In this document: positions 1 to 10,382 of the stretch, in pieces
Layout: the number at the start of each line of letters is the position of its first letter
Numbering within the stretch: the stretch's first letter is position 1
The notes under the pieces: model-generated
The model's database searches: none
Told to the model about the DNA's origin: nothing
What the model saw: only the letters and a program-made list of their open reading frames with translations
Position numbers and translations under genes: made by a program
DNA from: Candidatus Paracaedimonas acanthamoebae
GTDB taxonomy: Bacteria > Pseudomonadota > Alphaproteobacteria > Caedimonadales > Caedimonadaceae
Reading direction: 5' to 3'
Length of the DNA stretch: 32,000 nt
Assembly: GCA_000743035.1 (NCBI GenBank)
Contig: CP008936.1
Span: 1,440,001 to 1,472,000, forward strand

Positions 1-67
1 CGATTCCTAATATAAAGGTTTGATAATGTGGGGTTAAATCCCTTAGTTGGGAAATAATCTCAATCAT
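1..67 (-). CDS. possible 5' end of an unidentified CDS running off the window edge
   Basis: The minus-strand ATG at 65-67 lies 3 nt after the secF stop. The frame stays open for 22 codons (MIEIISQLRDLTPHYQTFILGI...) to position 1. Too short to assign a function. Confidence 0.25.
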   Translation of the reverse strand, partial: MIEIISQLRDLTPHYQTFILGI

Positions 68-70
68 ACG

Positions 71-988
71 TTAAGCTATTATTTCCTTCTCTTTTGCTGT
101 TTTACGGATATCAAAGAACAATAATAAGTTAGCTGAAACGAAAATTGATGAGTAACTACCAAAAACAATACCGATTAGAATTGGAAGACTAAAAGAAGAA
201 ATTTCTGACCCTCCAAAAAGATATAAAGCAAGAAGAGAAATAACAGTGGTCGCAACAGTAATGATCGTACGAGAGAGAGTTTCATTCGTAGATTGATTAA
301 TGAGTTGCTCAATTGGCATTTTTTTGTACTTACGCAGATTATCACGAATTCGATCATAAATAACAACAGAATCGTTAATAGAATAACCAATTGTTGTTAA
401 AATAGCGATAAAAGCTGTTTCTTTAAATTCATGGCCTGTAAGTGAATAAAAGCCGAGGACAACAACAACATCGTGAGCGAGAGCTAGAATACCACAAAGG
501 CCAAAATGCCACTCAAAACGCACCCAAATGTAAAGAAGCATACCAATAAGAGCAAATCCTAAAGCCCAAAGACCATTTTCAACAAGGTCACTACTGACCT
601 TACCACCTACAGTTTCCACACGGCGATATTCGAGCTCATTTCCTAACTGTTCTTTAATTTTTTGCAAGGCAAGGGCTTGGGCTTGCTCTCCCCCGGGTTG
701 TTTTTCGATCCTAATCATGATATCGCGATCTGAACCAAATTCCTGCAACTTAACTTCGCCTAGTTTCAACGTTTCAAGTTGTGTTCGCATACTTGCAATA
801 TCTGCCTTATCTTTTGTGCGCACTTCTAGAAGAAAACCTCCTTTAAAATCAATTCCGTAATTTAGGCCTTTGAAAGCAAGACTCCAACAGCAAAGCAAAA
901 TAATAGCCAGGGATACGAAATAAACATAACGTCGGATGCCAACGAAATTAATATTCGTATCATAAGGGATGAGTTGTAAACCACGCAT
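71..988 (-). CDS. secF: protein translocase subunit SecF
   Basis: The translation has the SecF multi-TM layout and the gene sits immediately downstream of secD. The maximal ORF reaches 1033, but the ATG at 988 (MRGLQLIPYDTNINF...) has an AGAGG Shine-Dalgarno and avoids a 31-nt overlap with secD. Confidence 0.93.
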   Translation of the reverse strand: MRGLQLIPYDTNINFVGIRRYVYFVSLAIILLCCWSLAFKGLNYGIDFKGGFLLEVRTKDKADIASMRTQLETLKLGEVKLQEFGSDRDIMIRIEKQPGGEQAQALALQKIKEQLGNELEYRRVETVGGKVSSDLVENGLWALGFALIGMLLYIWVRFEWHFGLCGILALAHDVVVVLGFYSLTGHEFKETAFIAILTTIGYSINDSVVIYDRIRDNLRKYKKMPIEQLINQSTNETLSRTIITVATTVISLLALYLFGGSEISSFSLPILIGIVFGSYSSIFVSANLLLFFDIRKTAKEKEIIA

Positions 989-1002
989 GAAAGCCTCTTT
1001 AA

Positions 1003-2583
1003 TTAAATAGGAAGTTTGGTTGGTTTTGACCAATTAACCCAATAAGTAACAAAAACACGAGTAAGTATGATTGCGGTAAACATGGAAATTAAAATACCAA
1101 TCGCAAGGGTGATGCCAAAACCTTTTACAGGCCCAGTTCCAAAAAGGAAGAGTGCCGCAGCACCTATAAGTGTTGTGAGGTTAGAGTCAAGAATTGTATT
1201 CATTGCTTGACGGTAACCTACATCGATGGCAGACAACATTTTCCGACCATGCCTTAGTTCTTCTTTAATGCGCTCGTTAATAAGGACGTTTGCATCCACT
1301 GCCATCCCCATCGTAAGAGCGATACCAGCAATGCCAGGTAAAGTTAGTGTCGCGCCAATAAGTGACAGAACAGCAACAGTTAAGATGAGATTGAATAACA
1401 TGGCAGCATTAGCAAAAAAACCAAAAAGCGAATAAGCAATCAGCATAAACACAGCCACCATAACAACTGAAAGCATAGTTGCATACCTTCCTGATGCAAT
1501 CGAGTCAGCTCCTAAATCTGGTCCTACAGTGCGTTCTTCAAGGACAACAAGGGGTGCAACCAGAGCGCCAGCTCGCATTAAAAGAGCTAAATCATTTGCT
1601 TCTTGGACAGTGAACTTTCCTGTAATAACTCCATTTCCCCCCGTAATAGGTGTTTGGATTGTCGGAGCGCTTATAACTTTTCCATCAAGAACAATTGCTA
1701 ATTGTCTATGAATGTTTTTGCTTGTTATATCTCCAAATTTTTTTGCGCCTAAGTTATCAAAGCGGAATGAAACTTGAGGGCGATGATACTCATCAAAACT
1801 CACACCGGCATCGACAAGGCTTTCTCCACCAAGAAGATTTTCTTTACGCACAACATAGAAGATTGCTTTTCCATCTTGGCGCACATCATCATTTGGTAAA
1901 ATTTCGGTACCCGGAGGAGAAACATCTTTTTGATTAGAAGCATAAGGATGTTCATCATGAAGAAGACGAAACGTCATTTTTGCTGTTTTTCCAAGCAAAT
2001 TTTTGACGCGCCCAGGATCAGAAAGTCCAGGAATCTGAATTAAGACGCGGTCGTCACCTTGGCGTTGTATACTAGGCTCTTTTGTACCTAGTTCATCAAT
2101 TCGTCGACGCACGATTTCAATTGATTGATCCACAATACTACGCTGACGTTCTGCAATTGAGGCTCTTGTAAAAGTGATTTTACAAATCTTTCCTTCTAAT
2201 TTTACCTCAAGGTCGGGATCCTGCTTTTTAATAATAGTACTTATTTTTTCGGCTTGGCTTTGATCGCGCAGCTGGAAAGTGATGATGTCTTCTGTAGAGT
2301 CTAAAGAAAGATCAAGGTAGCCAATTTTTTCGGTACGTAAGGTTTTCCGCAGATTATCGAGCACAAAAGAGAGGCGCTCTTTTAAACCCGCCTTAACGTC
2401 AACTTCAAGCAATAGATGAGATCCTCCTTGCAAATCTAAACCTAAGTTGACTCGTTCATGTGGAAGCCAGGATGGAATCTTTTTAAGCTTCTCCTCACTC
2501 ACAAAATTGGGAAAGGCATAAATAAGACCAAGTAAACATAAAATCAACGATGTAAGAACTTTCCATCGAGCAAAAGTTAACAT
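1003..2583 (-). CDS. secD: protein translocase subunit SecD
   Basis: 526 aa with an N-terminal TM helix, a large periplasmic domain and a C-terminal 5-TM bundle (GIAGIALTMGMAVDANVLINERIKEE). It lies in yajC-secD-secF order. Confidence 0.95.
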   Translation of the reverse strand: MLTFARWKVLTSLILCLLGLIYAFPNFVSEEKLKKIPSWLPHERVNLGLDLQGGSHLLLEVDVKAGLKERLSFVLDNLRKTLRTEKIGYLDLSLDSTEDIITFQLRDQSQAEKISTIIKKQDPDLEVKLEGKICKITFTRASIAERQRSIVDQSIEIVRRRIDELGTKEPSIQRQGDDRVLIQIPGLSDPGRVKNLLGKTAKMTFRLLHDEHPYASNQKDVSPPGTEILPNDDVRQDGKAIFYVVRKENLLGGESLVDAGVSFDEYHRPQVSFRFDNLGAKKFGDITSKNIHRQLAIVLDGKVISAPTIQTPITGGNGVITGKFTVQEANDLALLMRAGALVAPLVVLEERTVGPDLGADSIASGRYATMLSVVMVAVFMLIAYSLFGFFANAAMLFNLILTVAVLSLIGATLTLPGIAGIALTMGMAVDANVLINERIKEELRHGRKMLSAIDVGYRQAMNTILDSNLTTLIGAAALFLFGTGPVKGFGITLAIGILISMFTAIILTRVFVTYWVNWSKPTKLPI

Positions 2584-2591
2584 TATTTAGC

Positions 2592-3053
2592 CTATTTCTT
2601 AGCCTTTTTTACAACGGTTTTTTTTGGTGTCGTTTTTGGTTTATTATTTTTTAGCGTTGCTACGGTTGGCTTCTTTGATTTAGCAGGTGTCTCAGATTGT
2701 GTGGCTTCTTTATTAATTAAAGGCTGTGGCTTCGTGAGAACATGAGCAATCATAGAACGGACAACGCGTACATTAACTTGATCAGAGATCTCAACAATAA
2801 CTTCATTATCATTTTCAATTTTAGTGATGGTTCCAATAACACCACCAGAAGTAACCACTTGATCTCCGCGGCGCAAAGTATTTAACATTTCCCGATGTTC
2901 TTTAGCTTTTTTTGTCTGAGGGCGTATAACAATAAAGTATAATGCTGCAAAGAGCACCACCAATGGGGCAAAGCTCATAAAATCAAAACCTTGAGCGGCT
3001 CCGGGAGCTGCTTGGGCATACGCTTCTGGAAAAATAATATTTAATAAATACAT
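2592..3053 (-). CDS. yajC: preprotein translocase accessory subunit YajC with a Lys-rich C-terminal extension
   Basis: The YajC core is recognisable (FAPLVVLFAALYFIVIRPQTKKAKEHREMLNTLRRGDQVVTSGGVIGTI), and the gene is directly upstream of secD. About 45 extra Lys/Thr/Pro-rich C-terminal residues follow the core. Confidence 0.9.
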   Translation of the reverse strand: MYLLNIIFPEAYAQAAPGAAQGFDFMSFAPLVVLFAALYFIVIRPQTKKAKEHREMLNTLRRGDQVVTSGGVIGTITKIENDNEVIVEISDQVNVRVVRSMIAHVLTKPQPLINKEATQSETPAKSKKPTVATLKNNKPKTTPKKTVVKKAKK

Positions 3054-3132
3054 TCATTTCATCCTTAATTAAGTTCGGTAACCAAGATACACTTTAGCGA
3101 CAAATTAAAGAAAGGGCAAATCCGTTATTATT

Positions 3133-4242
3133 TTATTCTAAATAAAGTTCTGGATTAACAACTTTCCCATTTTGTTTCATATTGCGCAACTCGAAATGAA
3201 GCTGAGCCTCATTGACGCTGCCCGTATTTCCAACAAGGGCTATAGATTGGCCTTTTTGAACTTTCGCTCCGCGCTCCACAAGAAGTTTCGCGGCATGCCC
3301 ATAAGAACTCATCCAGCCGCCTGGGTGCTTGAGTAAAATTAGGTTTCCAAACCCTTGCATTTCATTTCCAGCATATACTACGACACCTTCTTCAATAGCA
3401 ATAATTGGCGTGCCTTTTGGGGCAGCAATATTGATTCCATCGTTTTGTAAAGTTCCTTGTCCTGGACCAAAACTAGAAATAATTTTTCCTTTGACAGGCC
3501 AAGAAAACTTAGGTGTTTCCGAAAGTGATTTTTTATTATTGAGAGTATTTACGTCTTCCTGAACAGGGGATATTTTTTCAATTTGTGATGAAGGAGTCGG
3601 CTTAACTTGAGAAAGATTATCTTCAGGAGCGGAGGGTAGTACTCTCTCGGTTGGGAGTTGCTTCTTCGAAACTTTACCTGAATTTGATGACAAAGGCGGA
3701 GTTTGTTCTTTCAGATCATTATTTTTTAAAGACATAGCTTCTTTTTCGCGTTGAAGTGATGCTATGAGCTCTTGCTCAGCTTCGGTTAATTTCCTTTTTG
3801 GTCTTGAAACGGGAAGAATCACTGAAGTTGAATCAATATCATCGCTTGTATCTCTTAAGGTCGTTTCTGCTGAAGGTTGCTCTTCAGTTATTAAGGAGTC
3901 ATGAATAGGAACATCTTCTGTAAGACGTAACTGTTGTCCAGGCTTTAATGTATAAGGTTTTTTTAAATTATTTAATGTGATGAGCTGATAAGCAGGAATA
4001 CCAGTTTTCTTCGCAACTGTAATCAGGGTCTCATTCTCGCTCACAATAATTGTTTTAGATTTTAGGCTATGCTGAGGAAGTTTTTCGAGGCTAGATGCAG
4101 GAGAAAGAGAAGTTGATAAAGTTGGAGATTGCGAAGAGGAGTGGCCATAACTTACGGGAGCTGGAGGTCCTTTACGAGATTCACATCCCGCCAAAAGAAG
4201 GACAAAAAGAATAAATAAAGAGGAAGAATTAATGTTTTTCAT
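3133..4242 (-). CDS. nlpD: NlpD-like lipoprotein with LysM and a degenerate M23/LytM domain
   Basis: It has a canonical lipobox (LLLAGC), a LysM segment (IIVSENETLITVAKKTGIPAYQLITLNNLKKPYTLKPGQQLRL) and a C-terminal M23 fold. The metal-ligand positions are substituted (NDGINIA instead of HxxxD; QLHFE instead of HxH), as in E. coli NlpD. The ATG at 4242 is preferred over the TTG at 4257. Confidence 0.88.
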   Translation of the reverse strand: MKNINSSSLFILFVLLLAGCESRKGPPAPVSYGHSSSQSPTLSTSLSPASSLEKLPQHSLKSKTIIVSENETLITVAKKTGIPAYQLITLNNLKKPYTLKPGQQLRLTEDVPIHDSLITEEQPSAETTLRDTSDDIDSTSVILPVSRPKRKLTEAEQELIASLQREKEAMSLKNNDLKEQTPPLSSNSGKVSKKQLPTERVLPSAPEDNLSQVKPTPSSQIEKISPVQEDVNTLNNKKSLSETPKFSWPVKGKIISSFGPGQGTLQNDGINIAAPKGTPIIAIEEGVVVYAGNEMQGFGNLILLKHPGGWMSSYGHAAKLLVERGAKVQKGQSIALVGNTGSVNEAQLHFELRNMKQNGKVVNPELYLE

Positions 4243-4243
4243 G

Positions 4244-5023
4244 TTATAAAAAAGCAAGCTTTAAGGTTTCGAGGGTTGAAGAATGCGTTAAATCCAAATG
4301 AAGAGGAGTGATCGAAATAGCGCCATTTTGGACTGCTTCCAAATCTGTATCAGATTCTGTGGGGGTATTATCCCGAATTGTTCCGCCAATCCAGAAAAAA
4401 GGTCTTCCACGAGGATCTTTCCATTCAAAAATAGAATCATTAATATTGCGAAGACCTTGTTTAACAACCCGAACAGCTTTAATTTTCTCTAGAGAATCAT
4501 GTGGAAAGTTAATATTCAATAGAACATCGGCCGGCCATGTTTGAGTTAAGAGTCGTTTAATAACCTCAGGTGCAAAGTGTTGTGCAGGTTCATAAGAAAA
4601 ATTTGCATGGTCTGAAATCTCTTGACTTAGAGCGATAGCAGGCACACCAAAAAGTGTTGCTTCCATGGCGGCTGCAACTGTTCCAGAATAGGTTACATCC
4701 TCTCCAAGATTGCTTCCATGATTAACGCCGGATAACATAAGATTAGGAGGCCTATCGGTGATTAGTTTATTAAGAGCAATCATCACACAATCAGTGGGAG
4801 TTCCATCTATGGAAAAAGATTTTTCGCCTAGTTTACGAATTCTTAAGGGGCGCCCCAAGGTTAGTGAATGAGCGGCACCACTTTGTTCGGACTCAGGAGC
4901 AACAATCCAAATGTCATCACTTAAAGTGCGGGCGATTTTTTCTAAAATTTTTAGCCCCGGGGCATGAATGCCGTCATCATTTGAGAGAAGAATTCTAAGA
5001 GGCTGGTCTGTCCGCTTGATCAT
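4244..5023 (-). CDS. surE: 5'/3'-nucleotidase SurE
   Basis: The N-terminal SurE signature [14 protein letters not shown] is present and the length is typical (259 aa). The start overlaps the serS stop in an ATGA arrangement. Confidence 0.93.
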   Translation of the reverse strand: MIKRTDQPLRILLSNDDGIHAPGLKILEKIARTLSDDIWIVAPESEQSGAAHSLTLGRPLRIRKLGEKSFSIDGTPTDCVMIALNKLITDRPPNLMLSGVNHGSNLGEDVTYSGTVAAAMEATLFGVPAIALSQEISDHANFSYEPAQHFAPEVIKRLLTQTWPADVLLNINFPHDSLEKIKAVRVVKQGLRNINDSIFEWKDPRGRPFFWIGGTIRDNTPTESDTDLEAVQNGAISITPLHLDLTHSSTLETLKLAFL

Positions 5024-6303
5024 AAGGATATTCTTTCTTGACCGTTCATATAAGGTCGTAAAGCTTCAGGAATGATTACTGAGCCATCTTCTTGTTGATA
5101 GTTTTCTAAAATAGCAATTAAAGCTCGCCCAACGGCAACACCAGAGCCATTAAGTGTATGAACTAATTCAACAGATTTTTTAATCGATGCATTTGCTATA
5201 GGACGGTAACGAGCCTGCATTCGTCTTGCTTGGTAATCTCCACAGTTAGAGCAACTTGAAATTTCTCGATAACAATTTTCACCAGGAAGCCAAACCTCTA
5301 AATCATATGTTTTATGAGGACTTAAACCTGTATCACCCGCGCATAGCATCATCACGCGGTAGGGCAAATTAAGTCGTTTAAGGACTTCTTCGGCACATTT
5401 GGTCATTCGCTCATGTTCTTCTTTTGAATTTTTGGGCAGCGTAATACTAACTAATTCCACTTTATAAAATTGATGTTGACGAATCATCCCGCGCGTATCT
5501 TTTCCTGCAGCGCCCGCTTCTGACCTAAAGCAAGGAGTATAAGCAGCATAACGAAGGGGCAAAATAGATTCTTCAAGTATTTCTTCACGAATTAGATTCG
5601 TTAATGAAACTTCAGAAGTAGGGATAAGCCAAAGACCATCTGTTGTTAAAAACTGTTCACCACGCATTTTTGGAAGTTGTGCTGTTCCAAATAATGTTTC
5701 ATCTCGGACTAAGAGTGGTGGAGAAACTTCTTGATATCCATGTTCGCGGCTGTGGAGATCTAACATAAACTGTCCAAGAGCCCGTTCAAGGCGTGCAAGA
5801 TCTCCTTTTAAAACGACAAAACGTGCACCTGATATTTTAGCTGCCGCCTTGAAGTCCATCAATCCTAAAGCTTCACCGATTTCAAAGTGACGTTTGGGGG
5901 TGAAGTTGAAAGAAGGAGGCTCGCTCCAGTGACGAATAACAATATTGTCCGATTCATCTTTGCCATCTGGCACTTCTTCAAAAAGGATATTTGGGATCAT
6001 GCCAAGAGTATTGATGAGTTTAAGTGCAACTTCTTGCTCTTGATGTTCTAATTGAGGAAGCAATTCTTTAATATGATTGGCACGTGAAATTTTATCTGTT
6101 GGTTCAAGGCCTTGTTGTTTAGCTTCGCCAATCGCACGAGCTAAAGTATTTCTTTCATTTTGTAGTTCTTGGATTTGTGTTTGGTAAGCTCTGCGTTCAC
6201 TATCAAGTGTAAGCACTTGTGTCGAAAGGGGCTGCGTACCGCGTCGCAAGAGAGCTTTGTCAAGACTTTCTGGATTCTCACGAATCCACTTAATATCAAG
6301 CAT
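5020..6303 (-). CDS. serS: serine--tRNA ligase
   Basis: The canonical N-terminus [12 protein letters not shown] leads into a coiled-coil arm, followed by class II motifs ([24 protein letters not shown]). The start at 6303 is chosen over the ORF maximum at 6381 because the upstream 26 codons lie inside tatC. Confidence 0.95.
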   Translation of the reverse strand: MLDIKWIRENPESLDKALLRRGTQPLSTQVLTLDSERRAYQTQIQELQNERNTLARAIGEAKQQGLEPTDKISRANHIKELLPQLEHQEQEVALKLINTLGMIPNILFEEVPDGKDESDNIVIRHWSEPPSFNFTPKRHFEIGEALGLMDFKAAAKISGARFVVLKGDLARLERALGQFMLDLHSREHGYQEVSPPLLVRDETLFGTAQLPKMRGEQFLTTDGLWLIPTSEVSLTNLIREEILEESILPLRYAAYTPCFRSEAGAAGKDTRGMIRQHQFYKVELVSITLPKNSKEEHERMTKCAEEVLKRLNLPYRVMMLCAGDTGLSPHKTYDLEVWLPGENCYREISSCSNCGDYQARRMQARYRPIANASIKKSVELVHTLNGSGVAVGRALIAILENYQQEDGSVIIPEALRPYMNGQERISL

Positions 6304-7051
6304 GTGATCCTCGTTTTTCAAAGAAATATACACAAAAAATAGATGTTTCATACAAGAAGTAAAGGGGGAAAGCGAGGCCAATCATTGAAAGCACATCCGG
6401 TGGTGTAACAATAGCCGCAACAATTAATATTAATAAAAAAGCATATTTTCTTTTATTGGCTAATGCGCGAGAGGTAATAACTCCAATTTTTCCCAAGAGA
6501 GTTAAAAGAACAGGAAGTAAAAAACTCGTTCCAAAAGCAAGAATGAGTTGCATAACAATGGAAAGGTATTCACTGACTCGAGCTTCTAGTTGGATAGGAA
6601 GAACATTACTGGCTTTTGTTTCTTCAAAAGCAAGAAAAAATTTCCAAGCGGGTGGAATAATAAAATAATAGGCAAATGTGGCACCGCTTCCAAAAAATAA
6701 GGGAGTTAACATTAAAAAGGGAAGAAGAACCTTTCTCTCAATGGGAAACAAGCCAGGAGAGATGAAAAGCCATACTTGGATAGCTAAAAGAGGAAGAGTT
6801 ATAAATGTCGCCGTAAAAAGAGCAATCTTGAGATAAGTCATAAATGCTTCCGCAAGGCCAGTATAAATAAGGCGGCGTCCAGTTTTCCCCTCAAGAACGT
6901 TTGCAAGTGGTTTTACAAGGATGGCAAAAATCTCGTCAGAAAAATGATAGCTTACGATAAAAGCAATGAAAAAACTTCCTAAGACATAGATGAGCCTACG
7001 CCGAAGCTCAAGTAAATGATCAACAAGGGGAGTGGCAACTTTCTCACTCAT
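6296..7051 (-). CDS. tatC: twin-arginine translocase subunit TatC
   Basis: 251 aa with six TM helices and the TatC N-terminal motif ([14 protein letters not shown]). It lies downstream of tatA and tatB. Confidence 0.94.
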   Translation of the reverse strand: MSEKVATPLVDHLLELRRRLIYVLGSFFIAFIVSYHFSDEIFAILVKPLANVLEGKTGRRLIYTGLAEAFMTYLKIALFTATFITLPLLAIQVWLFISPGLFPIERKVLLPFLMLTPLFFGSGATFAYYFIIPPAWKFFLAFEETKASNVLPIQLEARVSEYLSIVMQLILAFGTSFLLPVLLTLLGKIGVITSRALANKRKYAFLLILIVAAIVTPPDVLSMIGLAFPLYFLYETSIFCVYFFEKRGSHA

Positions 7052-7322
7052 GTTTTTCTTTTCTAAGTGTCTTTTTTTTAAGAGGCGTTGTTTGCGAGCT
7101 CGTTTTTAGATATTTTTTATTTTGTGTTTCAATATATTCATCAAGAATACCTTCTTCAACATAATCATCCAATCCTTGGCGCAATTGCTGGCTAAAGTGG
7201 CGAATTTTTTGTAACCATCGTCCACACTGATAAAGTACGCGAGGAAGCTCTTTTGGGCCTATCAAGATAAGCGCTGCAATCAGAATAATTAATATTTCAC
7301 TAAACGCACCAAATTCAATCAT
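7044..7322 (-). CDS. tatB: twin-arginine translocase subunit TatB
   Basis: 92 aa with an N-terminal TM helix followed by an amphipathic helix (ILIILIAALILIGPKELPRV). It sits between tatA and tatC and overlaps tatC by 8 nt. Confidence 0.85.
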   Translation of the reverse strand: MIEFGAFSEILIILIAALILIGPKELPRVLYQCGRWLQKIRHFSQQLRQGLDDYVEEGILDEYIETQNKKYLKTSSQTTPLKKKTLRKEKHE

Positions 7323-7332
7323 TTAACAGTTA

Positions 7333-7545
7333 CTAGCTTTTCTTTTTTGATTTTTTAGAAGACGCTTTAGAAAGCTTCTTAGAAGAAACTATTGTTTTTG
7401 GTGAAGGCTCTTCATCATTGAGTCCTTTTTTAAAGGCCTTAAGACCTTTTGCAAAATCTGACATAAGTTGAGGAAGTTTTCCTGCCCCAAAAATGAGAAA
7501 AGCAACTAAAATAAGGAGTAAAATATGACTTGTACTTAGACCCAT
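7333..7545 (-). CDS. tatA: twin-arginine translocase subunit TatA
   Basis: 70 aa carrying the TatA/E signature ([34 protein letters not shown]) and a Lys/Ser-rich tail. Confidence 0.9.
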   Translation of the reverse strand: MGLSTSHILLLILVAFLIFGAGKLPQLMSDFAKGLKAFKKGLNDEEPSPKTIVSSKKLSKASSKKSKKKS

Positions 7546-7561
7546 TTAAATTTCCTTCATA

Positions 7562-8236
7562 TTATCCAATGATAAATTCAATCACCTTAAGCAACCCTTT
7601 AATAGGAGCCTCTAGAAGCCAACTAATTGGGCTAAAATGCACCCCTAAAGAAGTTAAGATTAAAGGCAAAATCATAAGCCCACCAATTAATATAGCCATG
7701 CTCCATCTCTCAAGTCCAGCAATCTGTTGCGCAAGCTGGCGAGGTAAGAGAGCAACAGCAATACGCCCGCCATCAAGAGGCAAGATAGGTAACAAATTAA
7801 AAGCTGCAAGAACAACGTTTGTATAAAGAGATGCTTTCATAATCTCAATTAAATAAATGTTAAAGTCAGTTCCTGAAGCTAAATTTTTGAGAGCCAAAGC
7901 CGAAATGATGGCAAGTAGCATATTTGTTAAAGGGCCAGCGGCAGCAACCAAAATCGTATCCCAGCGTGGATTTTTAAGTCGTTCAAAAGCGACAGGGACT
8001 GGTTTAGCATAACCCAACAAGAAAGGAGCTTGGCTTAAAAGTAGAATTCCAGGGATTATTATGGTTCCTAAAAAATCAATGTGCTTGAGAGGGTTAAAGC
8101 TTACACGTCCCAATCGATAAGCTGTATCATCACCTCTTAAATAAGCGACAAAACCATGAGCGGCTTCATGAAAAGTAATTGCAATCATGATAGGAAGCCC
8201 CAGTATTGAAATTTTAATGACTAATTCGTTTAGCAC
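7562..8236 (-). CDS. peptidase M50 (site-2 protease family) membrane metalloprotease without a PDZ domain
   Basis: HExxH lies in TM1 (FHEAAHGFVA) and the second M50 motif is present (NLLPILPLDGGRI). 224 aa, polytopic. Confidence 0.85.
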   Translation of the reverse strand: MLNELVIKISILGLPIMIAITFHEAAHGFVAYLRGDDTAYRLGRVSFNPLKHIDFLGTIIIPGILLLSQAPFLLGYAKPVPVAFERLKNPRWDTILVAAAGPLTNMLLAIISALALKNLASGTDFNIYLIEIMKASLYTNVVLAAFNLLPILPLDGGRIAVALLPRQLAQQIAGLERWSMAILIGGLMILPLILTSLGVHFSPISWLLEAPIKGLLKVIEFIIG

Positions 8237-8246
8237 GTTTTTATCT

Positions 8247-9104
8247 TCATCTTTTTTTTACTCGACACCCTAAAGTAATATTATGTTTAGTACTAACCTT
8301 TGTAATCTCTTGACAGAGATTTTGGGCCTCTTTTTTTGTTAAGGAGCCGGCAATGAGACGAATTCTTACGCCTGTGTCATTGCCTAAATCAACTTTTTTG
8401 AATTCTGGTTTAAGATTAAGGAGATAAGGCTTGAGAACTTGTCGTGAGCTTAAGCGTTTCCATTCTAACTTTGCTTGCTCTTCCGTTTTAAGGGTCCCTA
8501 GTTGTAAGCAATATCGTTCTTGAGAAGGTATAATTTGTTGTTGAGAAGTTTTTACGTTAGATCCTGAGATTGCAACATTTGTTGATTTAACCTCTTCTAA
8601 ATCAGTTTCCTTAGCGAAATCATTTGATGCTTCTTTTTGGGTTTCTGTTGCTTGAAGTGGGGAAAAATCTTGAGGGTCTTTTGTTAACTTAGAAGCCGGC
8701 AAAGATGGTTCTGTCTTATCTTCTAAAAATTCACCGATAAACTCTTCAGGTAAGCTTAAAGGGCGTGCAATAGGCTCTTCAGGGCCTCCCAGTAAATGCT
8801 CAACTTTTTGTGGATCTTGGGTATCAGAAAGTTTTTGATAGATCGTTTTATCCTCATGAGTATCTTTAAGATTGGTGGTAGGCCGTATTTTTGTGGGGCC
8901 TTCTAAAGGTTTTATAATAGGAATTGTTCCTATAGGTAGCTGATCTGAGCCTGGGCCCGTCATTCGCCAAAAACCAAATAAGGCTGCCGCAACGATACAA
9001 ATGCCTATAATATAACGTAAAGGGGTATTTAGGAAGATTGCCGTGAATGATACCTTGGGCTTATCTTGAGAATAACGCTCTTGATCCCACTTGCTTTGCT
9101 GCAT
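8247..9104 (-). CDS. SPOR-domain (septal peptidoglycan-binding) membrane-anchored protein
   Basis: It has a single N-terminal TM helix, a long acidic/Pro-rich linker and a C-terminal SPOR-like segment (YCLQLGTLKTEEQAKLEWKRL...GVRIRLIAGSLTKKEAQNLCQEI). Confidence 0.75.
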   Translation of the reverse strand: MQQSKWDQERYSQDKPKVSFTAIFLNTPLRYIIGICIVAAALFGFWRMTGPGSDQLPIGTIPIIKPLEGPTKIRPTTNLKDTHEDKTIYQKLSDTQDPQKVEHLLGGPEEPIARPLSLPEEFIGEFLEDKTEPSLPASKLTKDPQDFSPLQATETQKEASNDFAKETDLEEVKSTNVAISGSNVKTSQQQIIPSQERYCLQLGTLKTEEQAKLEWKRLSSRQVLKPYLLNLKPEFKKVDLGNDTGVRIRLIAGSLTKKEAQNLCQEITKVSTKHNITLGCRVKKR

Positions 9105-9212
9105 TAATCAATCTCCTTTAAAGGAAAAGAAATTCATCTTGTTTTCATTTTACTTTGCTTCTGCTATTTATAGTAAAAAAGAAGCTGTGTCAAAATTCAC
9201 CTAGGAAATTTT

Positions 9213-9596
9213 ATGTCTGAGATTCTTTCTCTTCTACCCTTGAAAACCAACTCTTTGATAGAAGGCGCTGGACTTTTTATATCTTCAAAAGCAGAAAGTC
9301 AAATTTTAGCTCTTCCGATAGAGGAAATAAAAGAGAAGCGGTTACGGGTCTGTATCAATAGTGGGGGGTGTGCTGGCTTTCAATATACTTTGCATTTTGA
9401 TAATACATGTTTAGAGGAAGACATCATTTTTGCGTCGCCTCAGCAAGTTGAAATTATTATGGATAAGATGACTTATGAAATCATTCAGGGCTCAACCATA
9501 GATTATGTTGAAGAGCTTATCGGCGCGGCTTTTGTTATCAAGAATCCTAATGCAAAATCATCTTGCGGTTGTGGTAATTCTTTTTCGGTGATTTAA
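9213..9596 (+). CDS. erpA: iron-sulfur cluster insertion protein, HesB/IscA/ErpA family
   Basis: The three A-type carrier cysteines are present: CAGFQY plus the C-terminal CGCGNSF. Confidence 0.85.
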   Translation: MSEILSLLPLKTNSLIEGAGLFISSKAESQILALPIEEIKEKRLRVCINSGGCAGFQYTLHFDNTCLEEDIIFASPQQVEIIMDKMTYEIIQGSTIDYVEELIGAAFVIKNPNAKSSCGCGNSFSVI

Positions 9597-10379
9597 ATGA
9601 AAATTGTGACATGGAATGTTAACTCCATTAAGGCACGGCTTCCGATAGTTATAAATTGGCTTCGCGAAAACGCACCTGATATTGTTTTGCTGCAAGAAAT
9701 TAAATGTGAAAATTCTGCTTTTCCCTCAGAGTTTTTTGAGGATCTTGGCTATAATATTGCGCTGCATGGTCAGAAAACTTACCATGGTGTCGCCATTTTA
9801 TCCAAGTTGCCTATCGAAGATGTTGTACGAGGCCTGCCGGACTTTGAAGATACGCAATCGCGTTATATCGAAGCTTTAGTAGGCTCTATGCGCGTTTCAT
9901 CCATTTATGTACCTAACGGCCAAGAAGTAGGGTCTGACAAATTTCATTACAAGTTAAGTTTCTATAAAAAGCTCAAAGCTCACATGAAAAAATCCTTAGA
10001 AGCAAAAGAGATTGCTATTTGGGGGGGTGATTATAATGTGGCTCCTTTTCTTGCAGATGGACCTAATGAAGAAGCTTTTAAAGGAGAGCGAATTCTAACA
10101 AGCCAAAAGGAGCGAGAGGCTTTTCGAGAGCTTTTGTGGTTGGGAATCACGGATGCAATTCGTGTTCAATACTCGGAAGAATCTCTTCAAGGTCAACATC
10201 TCTTCAGTTGGTGGGATTATCGAGCCAATTCATGGGCACAAAATAAAGGATTTCGTATAGATCATCTTCTGCTTTCACCACAAGCTGCTGATCGTTTAGA
10301 ATCAGCAGGAATTAATTCTGAAGTACGCGCCCTCGAGAAAGCATCTGATCATGCCCCTGTCTGGATAAAATTACGTTAA
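9597..10379 (+). CDS. xthA: exodeoxyribonuclease III (AP endonuclease)
   Basis: Family motifs are present: MKIVTWNVNSI, DIVLLQEIK, GGDYNVAP and the C-terminal SDHAPVW. Confidence 0.93.
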   Translation: MKIVTWNVNSIKARLPIVINWLRENAPDIVLLQEIKCENSAFPSEFFEDLGYNIALHGQKTYHGVAILSKLPIEDVVRGLPDFEDTQSRYIEALVGSMRVSSIYVPNGQEVGSDKFHYKLSFYKKLKAHMKKSLEAKEIAIWGGDYNVAPFLADGPNEEAFKGERILTSQKEREAFRELLWLGITDAIRVQYSEESLQGQHLFSWWDYRANSWAQNKGFRIDHLLLSPQAADRLESAGINSEVRALEKASDHAPVWIKLR

Positions 10380-10382
10380 TCT

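Noticed and set aside
6304-6381. Maximal ORFs carry N-terminal extensions: serS to 6381, secF to 1033, nlpD to 4257 (TTG), rseP from 18575 (TTG), lpxA from 24176, the SBP to 30922, and bamA from 19769 (TTG).
   Set aside because: The extensions overlap the preceding gene or lack a Shine-Dalgarno. Internal ATGs give canonical N-termini (for example [12 protein letters not shown] for SerS, and signal peptides for NlpD and the SBP) and proper spacing to ribosome-binding sites.
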